Source of the DNA: a bacterium
GTDB taxonomy: Bacteria > UBP7 > UBA6624 > JBBIMK01
NCBI GenBank assembly: GCA_037444445.1
Contig: JBBIMK010000003.1
Span: 65,211-97,210, forward strand
Reading direction: 5' to 3'
DNA: 32,000 nucleotides
This document shows, piece by piece, positions 1 to 9,075 of this stretch (its first letter is position 1; every line of letters begins with the position of its first letter). Made by a program: the position numbers and the translations under genes. The notes beneath the pieces were generated by a model that made no database searches, was not told where the DNA came from, and saw nothing but the letters and a program-made list of their open reading frames with translations.

Positions 1-2
1 CT

Positions 3-977
3 TTACCAGTAAAAGGCATGGAATTTTTTATAAAATTCTATCGTTTTCATTAACCCCTCTTCCAGGGAAATCTGAGGGCTCCAGCCCAGGATGGAAGTAA
101 TTCTTGAAGTATCCGCCACGAAGTCTCCCGTTTCTATTCGTTTCCTCTCCTCCGGGAAAGGGACAAATTCATAACGCCCTGAGCCGCAAATTTTCACAAT
201 TTTTTCTACCATTTCACGAAAAGGCATCGGATGTCCAGACCCGAGATTCAATACTTCTCCCGTTGCTTCCGAAGAGCGGGCGGCCAAAACAAGAGCCTTC
301 ACCACATCCTCCACATAAATGTAGTCCCGCAACTGACTCCCATCGCCATAGATGGGGATAGTTTGATTATCCAGCGCCAGACGGATAAAATAATTTAAAA
401 CTCCATATTTCGGGTGCTTCATCTGATGCCGGGGACCATAGGTGTTGCTGATTCTCAAGGAGACGCCTTGCAGCCCAAAAGCACTGGTATAAACCAGGGT
501 ATAAAGTTCACCCGCCGTTTTATGAACACCGTAGATATCCCGGGGAAAGAGGGGGTGAGTTTCATCCACGGGTGTTCGAGTTAAACGACCGTATTGCCCC
601 CGTGTGCCACCATAAATGAAATGAATAGAACCACCTCTTTTCCGACAGGCTTCCAGCAGAATGAGGGTGCCTCTTGCATTCACATCCAGGTCATAAAAGG
701 GTTGGCTCATGCTGTCCACATGGCTCACCTGTGCTGCGAGATGAAAGATTATCTCCACATCGCGCACGGCTTTCTCTACATCGGCTTCTTCCCGAACATC
801 TCCCTGAATAATCTCTACCTCTTTTTCAATACCATGAAGGTTAAATGGGTTGGCGCCATAATCCGGATGAAAATTATCTAAAACTCTTACTCGTGCACCT
901 TCTTCCACCAACCGGTGAGCCAGATTGCTCCCGATAAATCCCATCCCTCCCGTAATCAAGATTTTTTTGCCCTTCAT
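3..977 (-). CDS. NAD-dependent sugar-nucleotide epimerase/dehydratase (extended SDR family)
   Basis: Complete 324-aa ORF with TAA at 3-5. Rossmann motif ILITGGMGFIGSNL (GxxGxxG) and catalytic YxxxK (YGVHKTAGE). Lies 13 nt downstream of a sugar-1-P nucleotidyltransferase gene on the same strand. Confidence 0.85.
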   Translation of the reverse strand: MKGKKILITGGMGFIGSNLAHRLVEEGARVRVLDNFHPDYGANPFNLHGIEKEVEIIQGDVREEADVEKAVRDVEIIFHLAAQVSHVDSMSQPFYDLDVNARGTLILLEACRKRGGSIHFIYGGTRGQYGRLTRTPVDETHPLFPRDIYGVHKTAGELYTLVYTSAFGLQGVSLRISNTYGPRHQMKHPKYGVLNYFIRLALDNQTIPIYGDGSQLRDYIYVEDVVKALVLAARSSEATGEVLNLGSGHPMPFREMVEKIVKICGSGRYEFVPFPEERKRIETGDFVADTSRITSILGWSPQISLEEGLMKTIEFYKKFHAFYW

Positions 978-990
978 TTTTGAACCTGCA

Positions 991-2094
991 TCAGGTCAGA
1001 GAAACCTGGCTCTTTTCGCCGAGGACGAACTGATGTCGAAGAGGCTTGGCGGTGTTTCGGGTCAGGATGCAATCTTTTCCAATCAGGCTATCGGAAATTC
1101 TCCCCGGTATGCCTTGAATTTGACTTCCTTCCAGCACGATACTGTGTTCAATCTCGCTATCCTGGATAGTGACCCGGTGATGGACAGAGGTAAAGGGTCC
1201 GATGTAAGTATGGTGAATGGTGACCCCCTCGCCGATAATGGCCGGTCCCCGAATCAAAGAGGATGAAATGTGACTCCCCTTCTCAATCACGACTCTCCCC
1301 TCTATGGTGCTGTCTGAATCCACTTCCCCCAGGCATTTGGGCTGGATGTCCTCCAGCATGATGCGATTGGCTTCCAGTAAATCTTCCAGTTTTCCGGTAT
1401 CTTTCCACCACCCCTGAATGATGTAAGAGGAAACCTTTCGGCGATGGTCAATCAGAAACTGGATAGCATCCGTGATTTCCAACTCATCTCGCCAGGAAGG
1501 TTTTATGGCATTCACCGCCTCAAAAATAGAGGAATTAAAGATGTAAGCCCCCACCAGCGCAAGATTAGAAGGGGGCTTCTTTGGTTTTTCAATCAGGCGG
1601 ATGACTCTTCCCCCTTTGAGTTCCGCTACACCAAATCGTTGAGGGTCTTTGACGGGGCTCAACAGAATGAGGGCATCTGGCTTCTCCTCCTGAAACCGCT
1701 CCGTAAAAGCCCGGATCCCTTCCTTAATGATGTTATCCCCCAGATACATAATAAAACTGGAATCCCCGAGAAAATCCCGGGCAATTTTCACGGCGTGAGC
1801 CAGGCCGAGGGGTTCCGGTTGGTGAATGTAACTTACCCGTAGATTCCAGCGCCTTCCATCTCCCACTTCTGTTTGAATTTCATCGCCATTTTCACCGATA
1901 ATGATGCCTACATCTTGAATGCCTGCCTGCTGGAGACTCTCCAGTCCATAAAAAAGGATAGGTTTATTCGCAACGGGAATCAGTTGTTTCGCCCGTGTAA
2001 ATGTGATAGGACGGAGGCGAGTCCCTTTCCCTCCCGCCAGAATCAACCCTTTTAACTCGTCCTTCCTCGTCGTTTTCCTCTTGCTGATTTTCAT
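991..2094 (-). CDS. rmlA: glucose-1-phosphate thymidylyltransferase-like nucleotidyltransferase, long form with C-terminal left-handed beta-helix
   Basis: ORF open 991-2127. Signature GLILAGGKGTRLRPITFTRAKQLIPVANKPI, and hexapeptide-like C-terminal third. I prefer the ATG at 2094 (MKISKRK) because GGAGGA lies 8 nt upstream. The ATG at 2127 is the alternative. Exact sugar specificity cannot be read from sequence. Confidence 0.8.
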   Translation of the reverse strand: MKISKRKTTRKDELKGLILAGGKGTRLRPITFTRAKQLIPVANKPILFYGLESLQQAGIQDVGIIIGENGDEIQTEVGDGRRWNLRVSYIHQPEPLGLAHAVKIARDFLGDSSFIMYLGDNIIKEGIRAFTERFQEEKPDALILLSPVKDPQRFGVAELKGGRVIRLIEKPKKPPSNLALVGAYIFNSSIFEAVNAIKPSWRDELEITDAIQFLIDHRRKVSSYIIQGWWKDTGKLEDLLEANRIMLEDIQPKCLGEVDSDSTIEGRVVIEKGSHISSSLIRGPAIIGEGVTIHHTYIGPFTSVHHRVTIQDSEIEHSIVLEGSQIQGIPGRISDSLIGKDCILTRNTAKPLRHQFVLGEKSQVSLT

Positions 2095-2441
2095 CCTCGC
2101 TATCCTCCGGGCTACCACCCTAATCATTATATCAATAGAAAGTATTCTGAAAGCAGGATGAAACCACCTCTCTGATTGACTCGGTTTTTTTCACATCTGC
2201 TCTCTTCTCCACACGGTTAGAAGAGGAGCAGGCTCAGGTTGCGGAGAGTCGTAGGCTTGACGGGATGACAGAGGTGTAATACAATACATAGGGTTTCAGT
2301 ATGGAAGGAAACGGAAGAGAGAGTTTTGGCAAAGAAGTGTGAGTTGAGAAAGAGAAAAGGGAAGGAGGTTATTTTTTATTATTTCTTCACTCATTTTTCA
2401 TCGTTTTTTCACAATTTTCTGAGTATAATTAAAACTGGAGA

Positions 2442-3380
2442 GTGATTCGGTCAGTGAAAGATTATTACAAGATATTGAGAATACTGCCTACCGCCAGCCA
2501 GGATTTAATCCGTGAAGCCTATAAGGTGCTGATGAGGGAACTGGCCAACGGGAGGAGCGGACTTAGCGAGGAGGAAGTGAAACAGTTAACCGGGGATGTG
2601 AAGGAAGCCTTTGAAATCCTCGGAGATTCGGTAAAGCGGGCTACCTATGACCGCCGGTATCTGGAATCCCTTTTGTTCGGGAAGGACCAGGAATCTCCGG
2701 GTTCATCCGCTGGTCCATCTTCTTCCACGGCAGAAGCAGTGGCTCCTTCTCCTCAAAAAGTCTACGAAGAGTTGAAACGAGAAACGGAAGCGAAAGGGAG
2801 AACCTGGGAAGATTTTATGAAACTGCAGTCGTCTGCAGCGCCTACACGCACTCACTTAAAAAGGGGGGCTGAACTTGCCAACGGATGCTCCTCTCCTATG
2901 CCGGTTTCCCCGGAAGAGACTCCAGTCCGTTACGAATTTGCGACCCTTGAAGAAGGGCTGGCGGTTGCGGCTTCCCTGGCTATTGATGGGAAAGTCGGCG
3001 AGGCTCTCCAGGTTTTGCAGAAACTGGAAGGAAGTTTTCTGGGTGACCCGGAATACGCCAAAGTTCTTTATCGGTCGGCGGAACTTTACTTTAAAACCCT
3101 GGGAGCACCGGAGAAAGCGCTGGAATACTATCGCCGTATTCTTTCCGAATATCCCGCAACTGTGGAGGCTTTGATGGCGGAGCGAAGGGTGGATGCTCTG
3201 GAGCGTCTCACCCCGCGTCCTCCGGTTCAGCTCCCCACAGGGAAAATTCTTCAGGACCTGGGTGAGGTGTGGATGGTAGAATGCCCCCGTTGCAGCGCTC
3301 GCGTGCGCACTCCCGCCCGAACAGGCTCCTGGTTCCTATGCCCTAACTGTGGAGAAAAATTTTTACCGGAGGTGAACTGA
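2442..3380 (+). CDS. J-domain-like (no HPD) / TPR-like / C-terminal zinc-ribbon protein
   Basis: N-terminus DYYKILRILPTASQDLIREAYKVLMRE...VKEAFEILGDSVKRATYDRRY matches the J-domain helices, but the HPD tripeptide position reads ANG. The C-terminus has ECPRC...CPNC (CxxC-x17-CxxC). GTG start at 2442; an in-frame GTG at 2454 (MKDYY) is the alternative. Confidence 0.7.
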   Translation: MIRSVKDYYKILRILPTASQDLIREAYKVLMRELANGRSGLSEEEVKQLTGDVKEAFEILGDSVKRATYDRRYLESLLFGKDQESPGSSAGPSSSTAEAVAPSPQKVYEELKRETEAKGRTWEDFMKLQSSAAPTRTHLKRGAELANGCSSPMPVSPEETPVRYEFATLEEGLAVAASLAIDGKVGEALQVLQKLEGSFLGDPEYAKVLYRSAELYFKTLGAPEKALEYYRRILSEYPATVEALMAERRVDALERLTPRPPVQLPTGKILQDLGEVWMVECPRCSARVRTPARTGSWFLCPNCGEKFLPEVN

Positions 3381-3381
3381 A

Positions 3382-5244
3382 ATGAGCCTTCTTCACAAAA
3401 ATAGATGGAAAAATCTGCTGACTTTTCTGGTGCTCCTGTCAGCCGCCCTTCTTGTGTCTTCTATCTTTGACCTGGGTCCCAAAATTGAAAAGATGCTCGG
3501 GCGCACCACCTCTGCTGAGATGAAGTCTACCTACGGTTATGTTCAATTTCCTCTGTTGAACCGATATGTGAACTCCATCGGCACCCGAATGTCTGTTGTC
3601 GCAGAGAGGAAATCCATCTCTTACACATACTCTATCATTCCAACAGAAGAAGAAAATGCTTTCGCCGCCGGCGCAGGTTATACCTTTATCACCACAGGAA
3701 TGCTAAAGATGGCGGATACAGAAGACGAGGTGGCAGGTGTCATAGGGCATGAAACGGGTCACAACTCGGATAAACATGTGATTCAGGCAGTGAAAGACCA
3801 GTTTGGTGTCCTCGCTCTTTATCTGGCATTAGAGCCAAAAATGAGCGAGGACCAGCAGACTCTTTACGGTGTTCTGGCTACTCTCCGTTCCCTCCGATAC
3901 AGCCGGAAAGATGAATACCGAGCAGATGACCTGGGCGTTCGGTATTCAGCCCGTTCCGGCTACAATCCTTATTACTTGATTACCTCGTTTGAGAAGCTGG
4001 AGGCGGCACATCCGACGGGCAAACTCTCCAAACTGGAAGTGGCTCTTTCCAGCCACCCCCGAACTCCGGATAGAATCAACCGCATCCGTGGACAAATCCG
4101 GAACATTCAGGAGGACCCCCAGCAGAGCGCATCTCTCGGGAAACTGCTCCTGGCTCGAGGGTTTTATCAAGAATCTCTGGATTTTCTTGAACCCGCAGAA
4201 AACCGCTCTCCGGATAATGCGGAGATTCTCCTGGCTCTGGCAAAAGCCTATCAGTTTCTGGGAAAGGACCGGCAGGCGAATGAGAAACTTTCGCTGGCTC
4301 GGGCATCCAACCCATCGGCTGACCTGTCTCCGATTCCTGCTTCTTTTACGAATCAGGACACCCTGTCTTCTTCCTCCCCCTATTCGGATGATTCTATTCT
4401 TCTGGCATATTCTGCACGCGCAGACCTTCTGTCGGGGCTGGTAGAAGCCGACCGGTCCGCTCTCCAGACATCTTTAGATTATCTGGACAGTCTCGCTATG
4501 CAAAATACACGAATGTCCGAAGTGCAAAAATCCCTTTTCTATTCCGCTGTTGCGGCTACCGAGCAACTGGAGGAACTTTACGCTTCTGATAATGCCTTGC
4601 GTCGCCTGGTCAAAAAAACCGAAGCCCTTCTTGAAAGGACGCAGAACCTGCCGGCATTCTTCCCCTCCGAATTGAGTGAGGCTACCGCCTGCCTTCTGGA
4701 TGCTTCGGACGCCTGGAAAGACCGGAGTAAAAAAACCTCCTCAGAAGTGAAAGATGCTGTTCTGGCTTTCACGGGCGCTTCTCTGAATCTGAATGTCAAC
4801 GGGGATTTAAAAATGGCTGAACAGCATGCCCGCACCGAGCGAGAGCGCAGGAAAACCGCATTATCTCGCGCTTACGAGTGTTCTTCTATCGTCTACTCCC
4901 TCCGGCTTTCCGACATCTTCTATGCTCTGGAAGAGCGTTATCCTGGAACAGGCATGGCATACCTGACGGAGAAAACCGGGCTATCGCGAGATGAAATAGA
5001 ATCCGCTCTTCGCCACCAGCCCAGGGTGGGCTACATGCTGGCTGGCTACAACCTTTCCCTCCGCCATTCTCCCTCAAAGGAGTCGGATGTTCTGGGTTTC
5101 TATGCTCATCCTATTCAGGCAGAAACAGAGAAGGAGTATCTCTGGACTTATCTCAATCTCGTAGCCGGTGACCTCTATCGCCTTTACGCAGGCCCTATGT
5201 ATCAACCGGATATCCTCATAGAAGTAAAAACCCCCAAAAAATAA
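3382..5244 (+). CDS. M48-family zinc metalloprotease with N-terminal membrane anchor and TPR-like C-terminal extension
   Basis: HExxH at GVIGHETGHNSDKH and downstream SRKDEYRADDLG (third-ligand Glu region typical of M48). Hydrophobic N-terminal segment LLTFLVLLSAALLVSSIF. ATG is 1 nt after the stop of the upstream gene. Confidence 0.8.
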   Translation: MSLLHKNRWKNLLTFLVLLSAALLVSSIFDLGPKIEKMLGRTTSAEMKSTYGYVQFPLLNRYVNSIGTRMSVVAERKSISYTYSIIPTEEENAFAAGAGYTFITTGMLKMADTEDEVAGVIGHETGHNSDKHVIQAVKDQFGVLALYLALEPKMSEDQQTLYGVLATLRSLRYSRKDEYRADDLGVRYSARSGYNPYYLITSFEKLEAAHPTGKLSKLEVALSSHPRTPDRINRIRGQIRNIQEDPQQSASLGKLLLARGFYQESLDFLEPAENRSPDNAEILLALAKAYQFLGKDRQANEKLSLARASNPSADLSPIPASFTNQDTLSSSSPYSDDSILLAYSARADLLSGLVEADRSALQTSLDYLDSLAMQNTRMSEVQKSLFYSAVAATEQLEELYASDNALRRLVKKTEALLERTQNLPAFFPSELSEATACLLDASDAWKDRSKKTSSEVKDAVLAFTGASLNLNVNGDLKMAEQHARTERERRKTALSRAYECSSIVYSLRLSDIFYALEERYPGTGMAYLTEKTGLSRDEIESALRHQPRVGYMLAGYNLSLRHSPSKESDVLGFYAHPIQAETEKEYLWTYLNLVAGDLYRLYAGPMYQPDILIEVKTPKK

Positions 5245-5373
5245 ACCCAATTTGTTTCCTTGGCTGTGATTGTCAAAATATCAGAAAAGAGCAGGAAAGA
5301 AGGTTAAATCGCAGATTTTACGGAGAAAATTACGGGAAATCTGTGTTTTATCTTATTTGGAATAAGGAGCCTG

Positions 5374-5382
5374 TGATATAAT
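5374..5382 (+). promoter_or_regulatory. extended -10 promoter element (TGaTATAAT) for tRNA-Gln
   Basis: Exact TGnTATAAT at 5374-5382, 12 nt upstream of the mature tRNA 5' end. No good -35, which extended -10 promoters tolerate. Confidence 0.55.
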
Positions 5383-5394
5383 GAAATTCGGTTT

Positions 5395-5465
5395 TGGGGA
5401 GTCGTCTAACGGCAGGACAGTGGACTCTGGATCCATCAATGGAGGTTCGAGTCCTCCCTCCCCAG
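5395..5465 (+). tRNA. tRNA-Gln (anticodon CUG)
   Basis: Hand-folded cloverleaf. 7-bp acceptor stem TGGGGAG/CTCCCCA with the U1:A72 pair characteristic of bacterial tRNA-Gln, and U8. D-stem GTCT/GGAC with loop AACGGCA. Anticodon stem GTGGA/TCCAT with loop CT-CTG-GA. T-arm GGAGG-TTCGAGT-CCTCC. Discriminator G. CCA is not encoded. Confidence 0.9.
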
Positions 5466-5529
5466 TGGTGTTAGGTTTGCCCGGGCCGGGTCAGGAAAGG
5501 GAGAAAATGAATGAGGTGAGTCAAAGGGT

Positions 5530-7047
5530 GTGGAGAAGGAAGTTTTTTCTCAGATGAAAATTACTATCCCGAAGTCGCAAGCGAATTTTCTTCGTCACAA
5601 TTTTGCGAAAATTATTCGCCTTTCAGTTCCTTATGGCAAGGAACTCTATTCCGGCTCCGACTCCTCACGGATTGCCCAGGAGTTTTCTTCTCTTTTAATC
5701 CACCTGATTAAAAGTGTAGAAGAAGAGAATCCAGAATATTTTTTCTCGGCTCTTCACCGCGCCTTTATGGAATGGATTTCCAAGGGTGTGTATCTGGACC
5801 GAGTAGAGCAGATTTTCAGAAAAATCTTCCAGCGATTGGAGGAAGAGTTCAAGGAAGAACTCGCAGGGTTGTTAATGGCATTCCCCGAACGCCGCGAGAT
5901 TTTCTTTCAAATCGTGAGGGAATATACCAACGCTTTCCGAGAATTTTCAGAGCGTCAGTTGAAGGAACTGGAAATCTTAAACCTGTTGGGAGATTTTACG
6001 AAGGAGGACTTAAAGCGGTTATTCAGGAAGATTTTCCGTAAGACACTACGGGCGTTGAATGCTCAATACGGTGTTCTCTATTATCATGAAAATTCCCTGG
6101 AGATTCTTCAAAAGAAATTGGTGGAGGGAAGCGCTTTTCCCTTTAGCAAACTTGAACTGAGACGTTTTTTAAAGGATACCGCCTATGACCCTAAAGTTCT
6201 CCAGGCGTTTCACCGTATCCTTCAGAAAGGAGAAGTTCGCTCCTTGACCGGGAGCCTGGAGACGGATATAAGAAAGTTGCTTCACCAGGAATGCTCCGTG
6301 TGTTCTGGAGAGCCTGTGTTAGTTACGCGCTATACAGGTGTTTTTGAATGTCCGCTGATACAGACCTTGAAGGTGGGGTCTCTGATGTGTGTTCCCTTTT
6401 ATCGGAATGGAGAGAAACGAGGATTCTTCCTGCTCACTCGCCCGGGTGGTCTCGCCTTTAATCCATATGACCTGCAATTTCTGAAGGTTCTGGTGAACGA
6501 TGTGGCTCGGGGTATGGAGAATTACATCCTGTATTCGGAGCTTCGCCGCCTGGCTACTACGGATGCCCTGACAGGGATTTATAACCGCCGATACTTGATT
6601 GAAGCGATGCGTAGAGAGCACGAACGCTCTAAACGCTATCAAAAATCCTATGCCCTGGTGATGGCTGACCTGGACCATTTCAAGGAGGTCAATGACCAGT
6701 ATGGACATGCGGCCGGGGATGAAGCATTAAAGGTATTCGGTAGAATCCTTAAAAACTATTCTCGTATCACGGATGTGGTGGGACGCTACGGTGGAGAAGA
6801 ATTTCTGGTCATCATCCCGGAAGGAACGGTGACCAGCAGCGCCGCTTTTGCGGAACGCATCCGAAAAACCCTGGAGCAAACGGTGATTACTTCCCCGGTA
6901 GGTGTGCGCTTCCGAATTACTGCCAGTTTCGGTGTTTGTTCCTATCCCCATCACGGAAAAAATCCAGAGAAACTTTTGAAAAAAGTGGATGATTTCCTGT
7001 ATCAAGCGAAGAAACGAGGGCGTAACCGAGTAGAGGTGGCTTCGTGA
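5530..7047 (+). CDS. diguanylate cyclase (GAF-like sensor + GGDEF domain, with I-site)
   Basis: ATTDALTGIYNRRY, DLDHFKEVND and RYGGEEFLVIIP (GGEEF active site), with RITD (RxxD I-site) five residues upstream. GTG start at 5530 with GAGGTGA 9 nt upstream; the ATG at 5554 is the alternative. Confidence 0.85.
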   Translation: MEKEVFSQMKITIPKSQANFLRHNFAKIIRLSVPYGKELYSGSDSSRIAQEFSSLLIHLIKSVEEENPEYFFSALHRAFMEWISKGVYLDRVEQIFRKIFQRLEEEFKEELAGLLMAFPERREIFFQIVREYTNAFREFSERQLKELEILNLLGDFTKEDLKRLFRKIFRKTLRALNAQYGVLYYHENSLEILQKKLVEGSAFPFSKLELRRFLKDTAYDPKVLQAFHRILQKGEVRSLTGSLETDIRKLLHQECSVCSGEPVLVTRYTGVFECPLIQTLKVGSLMCVPFYRNGEKRGFFLLTRPGGLAFNPYDLQFLKVLVNDVARGMENYILYSELRRLATTDALTGIYNRRYLIEAMRREHERSKRYQKSYALVMADLDHFKEVNDQYGHAAGDEALKVFGRILKNYSRITDVVGRYGGEEFLVIIPEGTVTSSAAFAERIRKTLEQTVITSPVGVRFRITASFGVCSYPHHGKNPEKLLKKVDDFLYQAKKRGRNRVEVAS

Positions 7048-8246
7048 AACGCTCCCAAATCTTGAAAGAGTTCATCAGCGTTTCTTCTGCTCTTGCCTCC
7101 CTGGTGGAGCGTCGGTCCACTCAACACCCCTTTCATGTGGCATGGCTGTCGCGTCGGATGGGAGAATCCCTGAACCTCTCCAGGAAAAGTCTCAGAAACC
7201 TTCAATATGCTGCCCTTCTGCATGATATTGGTGAGATTGCTATCCCCGACCGAATCCTCGATAAGCCCGGACAACTCACTCTCGCGGAACGCCTGCAAAT
7301 GGAACGGCATGTTCTCATAGGCTACAATGTGGTTTTCAAAATTCCAACGCTGGAAGAGGCAGCCCTTTTCATTCGCTGGCACCACGAGAAAATAGACGGA
7401 ACCGGCTACCCCGATGGGTTAGAAAACGGTGCCATTCCGATAGAAGCATCGGTGCTGTCTCTGGCCGATGTGTTTGAAACACTGACGAGTGACCGCCCCT
7501 TCCGGAAAGCCTTGCCACAAGCAGTAGCCCTTGAAACCATCCAAAAAATGTCTGGCATTGCTTTTCCTCCCCGGGTCGTCTCTGCCTTTCTGAAGGTTTT
7601 CACCGAGCGAAAATCCCCCCCCACAGATGTTCTACTGAACTATGACCAGGAGAGCGAAGAGGATTTGAGTGAGGATGAATTGATTTTTCATGCCTTTGCC
7701 ATTTCCACTGTTCTATCAGAGTTGGTTTCGGAGAGGCATTCTCATCTGAAAAGCCATGCCGTTCGCACTTCTCTCCTGTGTAGCGCTCTGGGGAATGAAC
7801 TGGGTCTATCTCATAATGATTTGTTCACTCTGGAACTGGCCGCCCTCTTACATGAGGTAGGCATGGCGGCTATACCTTCAGAGATTCTGTTATCTCGCCG
7901 TAAGTTGACCCCTGATGAAAGAGAAATGATTCATCGTCATCCTATCTATTCAGAAGAAATTGCCTCACAGTTGTCTTCTTTTCCAGAGGTGGCCACTGTC
8001 ATTCGTAGTCATCATGAGCGCTATGATGGAAAAGGATATCCCGATGGTTTGAAGGGGGAAGAGATTCCCTACCTATCCCGAATTCTTGCCGTGTGCTCTT
8101 CTTTTGAGGCGATGCTTTCGCGTCGCCCTTATCGCCGAGCGATGAGCCCCTCAGCGGCTTTTGAAACGTTCTTATCCAGCCTGGGAAAGCAATTTGACCC
8201 GGGGCTACAGAAAGCCCTGGAAGCTCTCCTCGTTCATCGTGTATAG
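7044..8246 (+). CDS. tandem HD-GYP domain protein (putative c-di-GMP phosphodiesterase)
   Basis: Two modules: LLHDIGEIAIP...HHEKIDGTGYPDGL and LLHEVGMAAIP...HHERYDGKGYPDGL. The GTG start overlaps the cyclase stop as GTGA (7044-7047), with GAGGTGG 5 nt upstream. Confidence 0.85.
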   Translation: MKRSQILKEFISVSSALASLVERRSTQHPFHVAWLSRRMGESLNLSRKSLRNLQYAALLHDIGEIAIPDRILDKPGQLTLAERLQMERHVLIGYNVVFKIPTLEEAALFIRWHHEKIDGTGYPDGLENGAIPIEASVLSLADVFETLTSDRPFRKALPQAVALETIQKMSGIAFPPRVVSAFLKVFTERKSPPTDVLLNYDQESEEDLSEDELIFHAFAISTVLSELVSERHSHLKSHAVRTSLLCSALGNELGLSHNDLFTLELAALLHEVGMAAIPSEILLSRRKLTPDEREMIHRHPIYSEEIASQLSSFPEVATVIRSHHERYDGKGYPDGLKGEEIPYLSRILAVCSSFEAMLSRRPYRRAMSPSAAFETFLSSLGKQFDPGLQKALEALLVHRV

Positions 8247-9075
8247 GTCTTTTGCTCAGGTCGTCATAGATGAAATCGCTCCTCATTATGTGGAATCCAT
8301 TCTCTTTCCTGATCCTCTGGATTGGCGTCTTCCTTATTTTCTAAAGCGGGAAGGATACCAGATCCTCTCCGCCCACCAAAACCATCTTGTTTTTTTGTTC
8401 GCACGAGGATTCGTTGAGAATAATCGGACAAAACTGACCGGCAGTGATAAAAAGCTGTTCCTTACTGCAGAACCGATGAAGGATTTTCCTCCTGTATTCC
8501 GCCTTCCTTTCTTATCTACTTCTCAAATGGGACTTCTGGCCGCCTGGGCAGAACGAATAGATGGAGTGGCGGATGACCTTCAAAGGTCCCTGTTGTGGTG
8601 GGTATTTTATCGTGTGATGTTCTACTGGTATTACCAGCAGGGAAAACCCCTTCTGGCTGTGAAACAAATAGCGGACCATTACATTCGGGAAGCGAATCGG
8701 CTCGTGTTCAATAATGGCCGTGCCAACCTGGCACTCTGGTCTTCTTCCTCCGAGGTTTTCCCTTTATTCCCCGGCGAAATGGTGTGTTTCACCCTGGAGG
8801 AGGGATTTCGGCTTCATCCTGTTCGTAAGGCATTTCAGGCAATTCTCCATCGGACGATGTCAAAATATTATCCTGCTCACCAGCCCGGGGAGTTCATTCC
8901 CGAACGATGGTCTCGGTTTCAGGATGTCCCCGTATGGTGTTTCCACATCACGAGTTCCGTTAGATTTTTGAAGCAGGTAGACAAATCCCTCGGTGAATTC
9001 AAACGAAGAAAAAAAACTATCTCTCTTTACACACCTGAAGATAAGAAAGGCAGTTTTGTAGTTCTGGGGTGGTGA
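8239..9075 (+). CDS. hypothetical protein (no recognisable domain)
   Basis: Frame open from TTG 8161 to TGA 9073-9075. A start at 8161 would overlap the HD-GYP gene by 86 nt. GTG 8239 (8-nt overlap) or GTG 8290 are more likely starts, but none has a good RBS. Aromatic-rich sequence with no motif I recognise. Confidence 0.45.
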   Translation: MYRSFAQVVIDEIAPHYVESILFPDPLDWRLPYFLKREGYQILSAHQNHLVFLFARGFVENNRTKLTGSDKKLFLTAEPMKDFPPVFRLPFLSTSQMGLLAAWAERIDGVADDLQRSLLWWVFYRVMFYWYYQQGKPLLAVKQIADHYIREANRLVFNNGRANLALWSSSSEVFPLFPGEMVCFTLEEGFRLHPVRKAFQAILHRTMSKYYPAHQPGEFIPERWSRFQDVPVWCFHITSSVRFLKQVDKSLGEFKRRKKTISLYTPEDKKGSFVVLGW

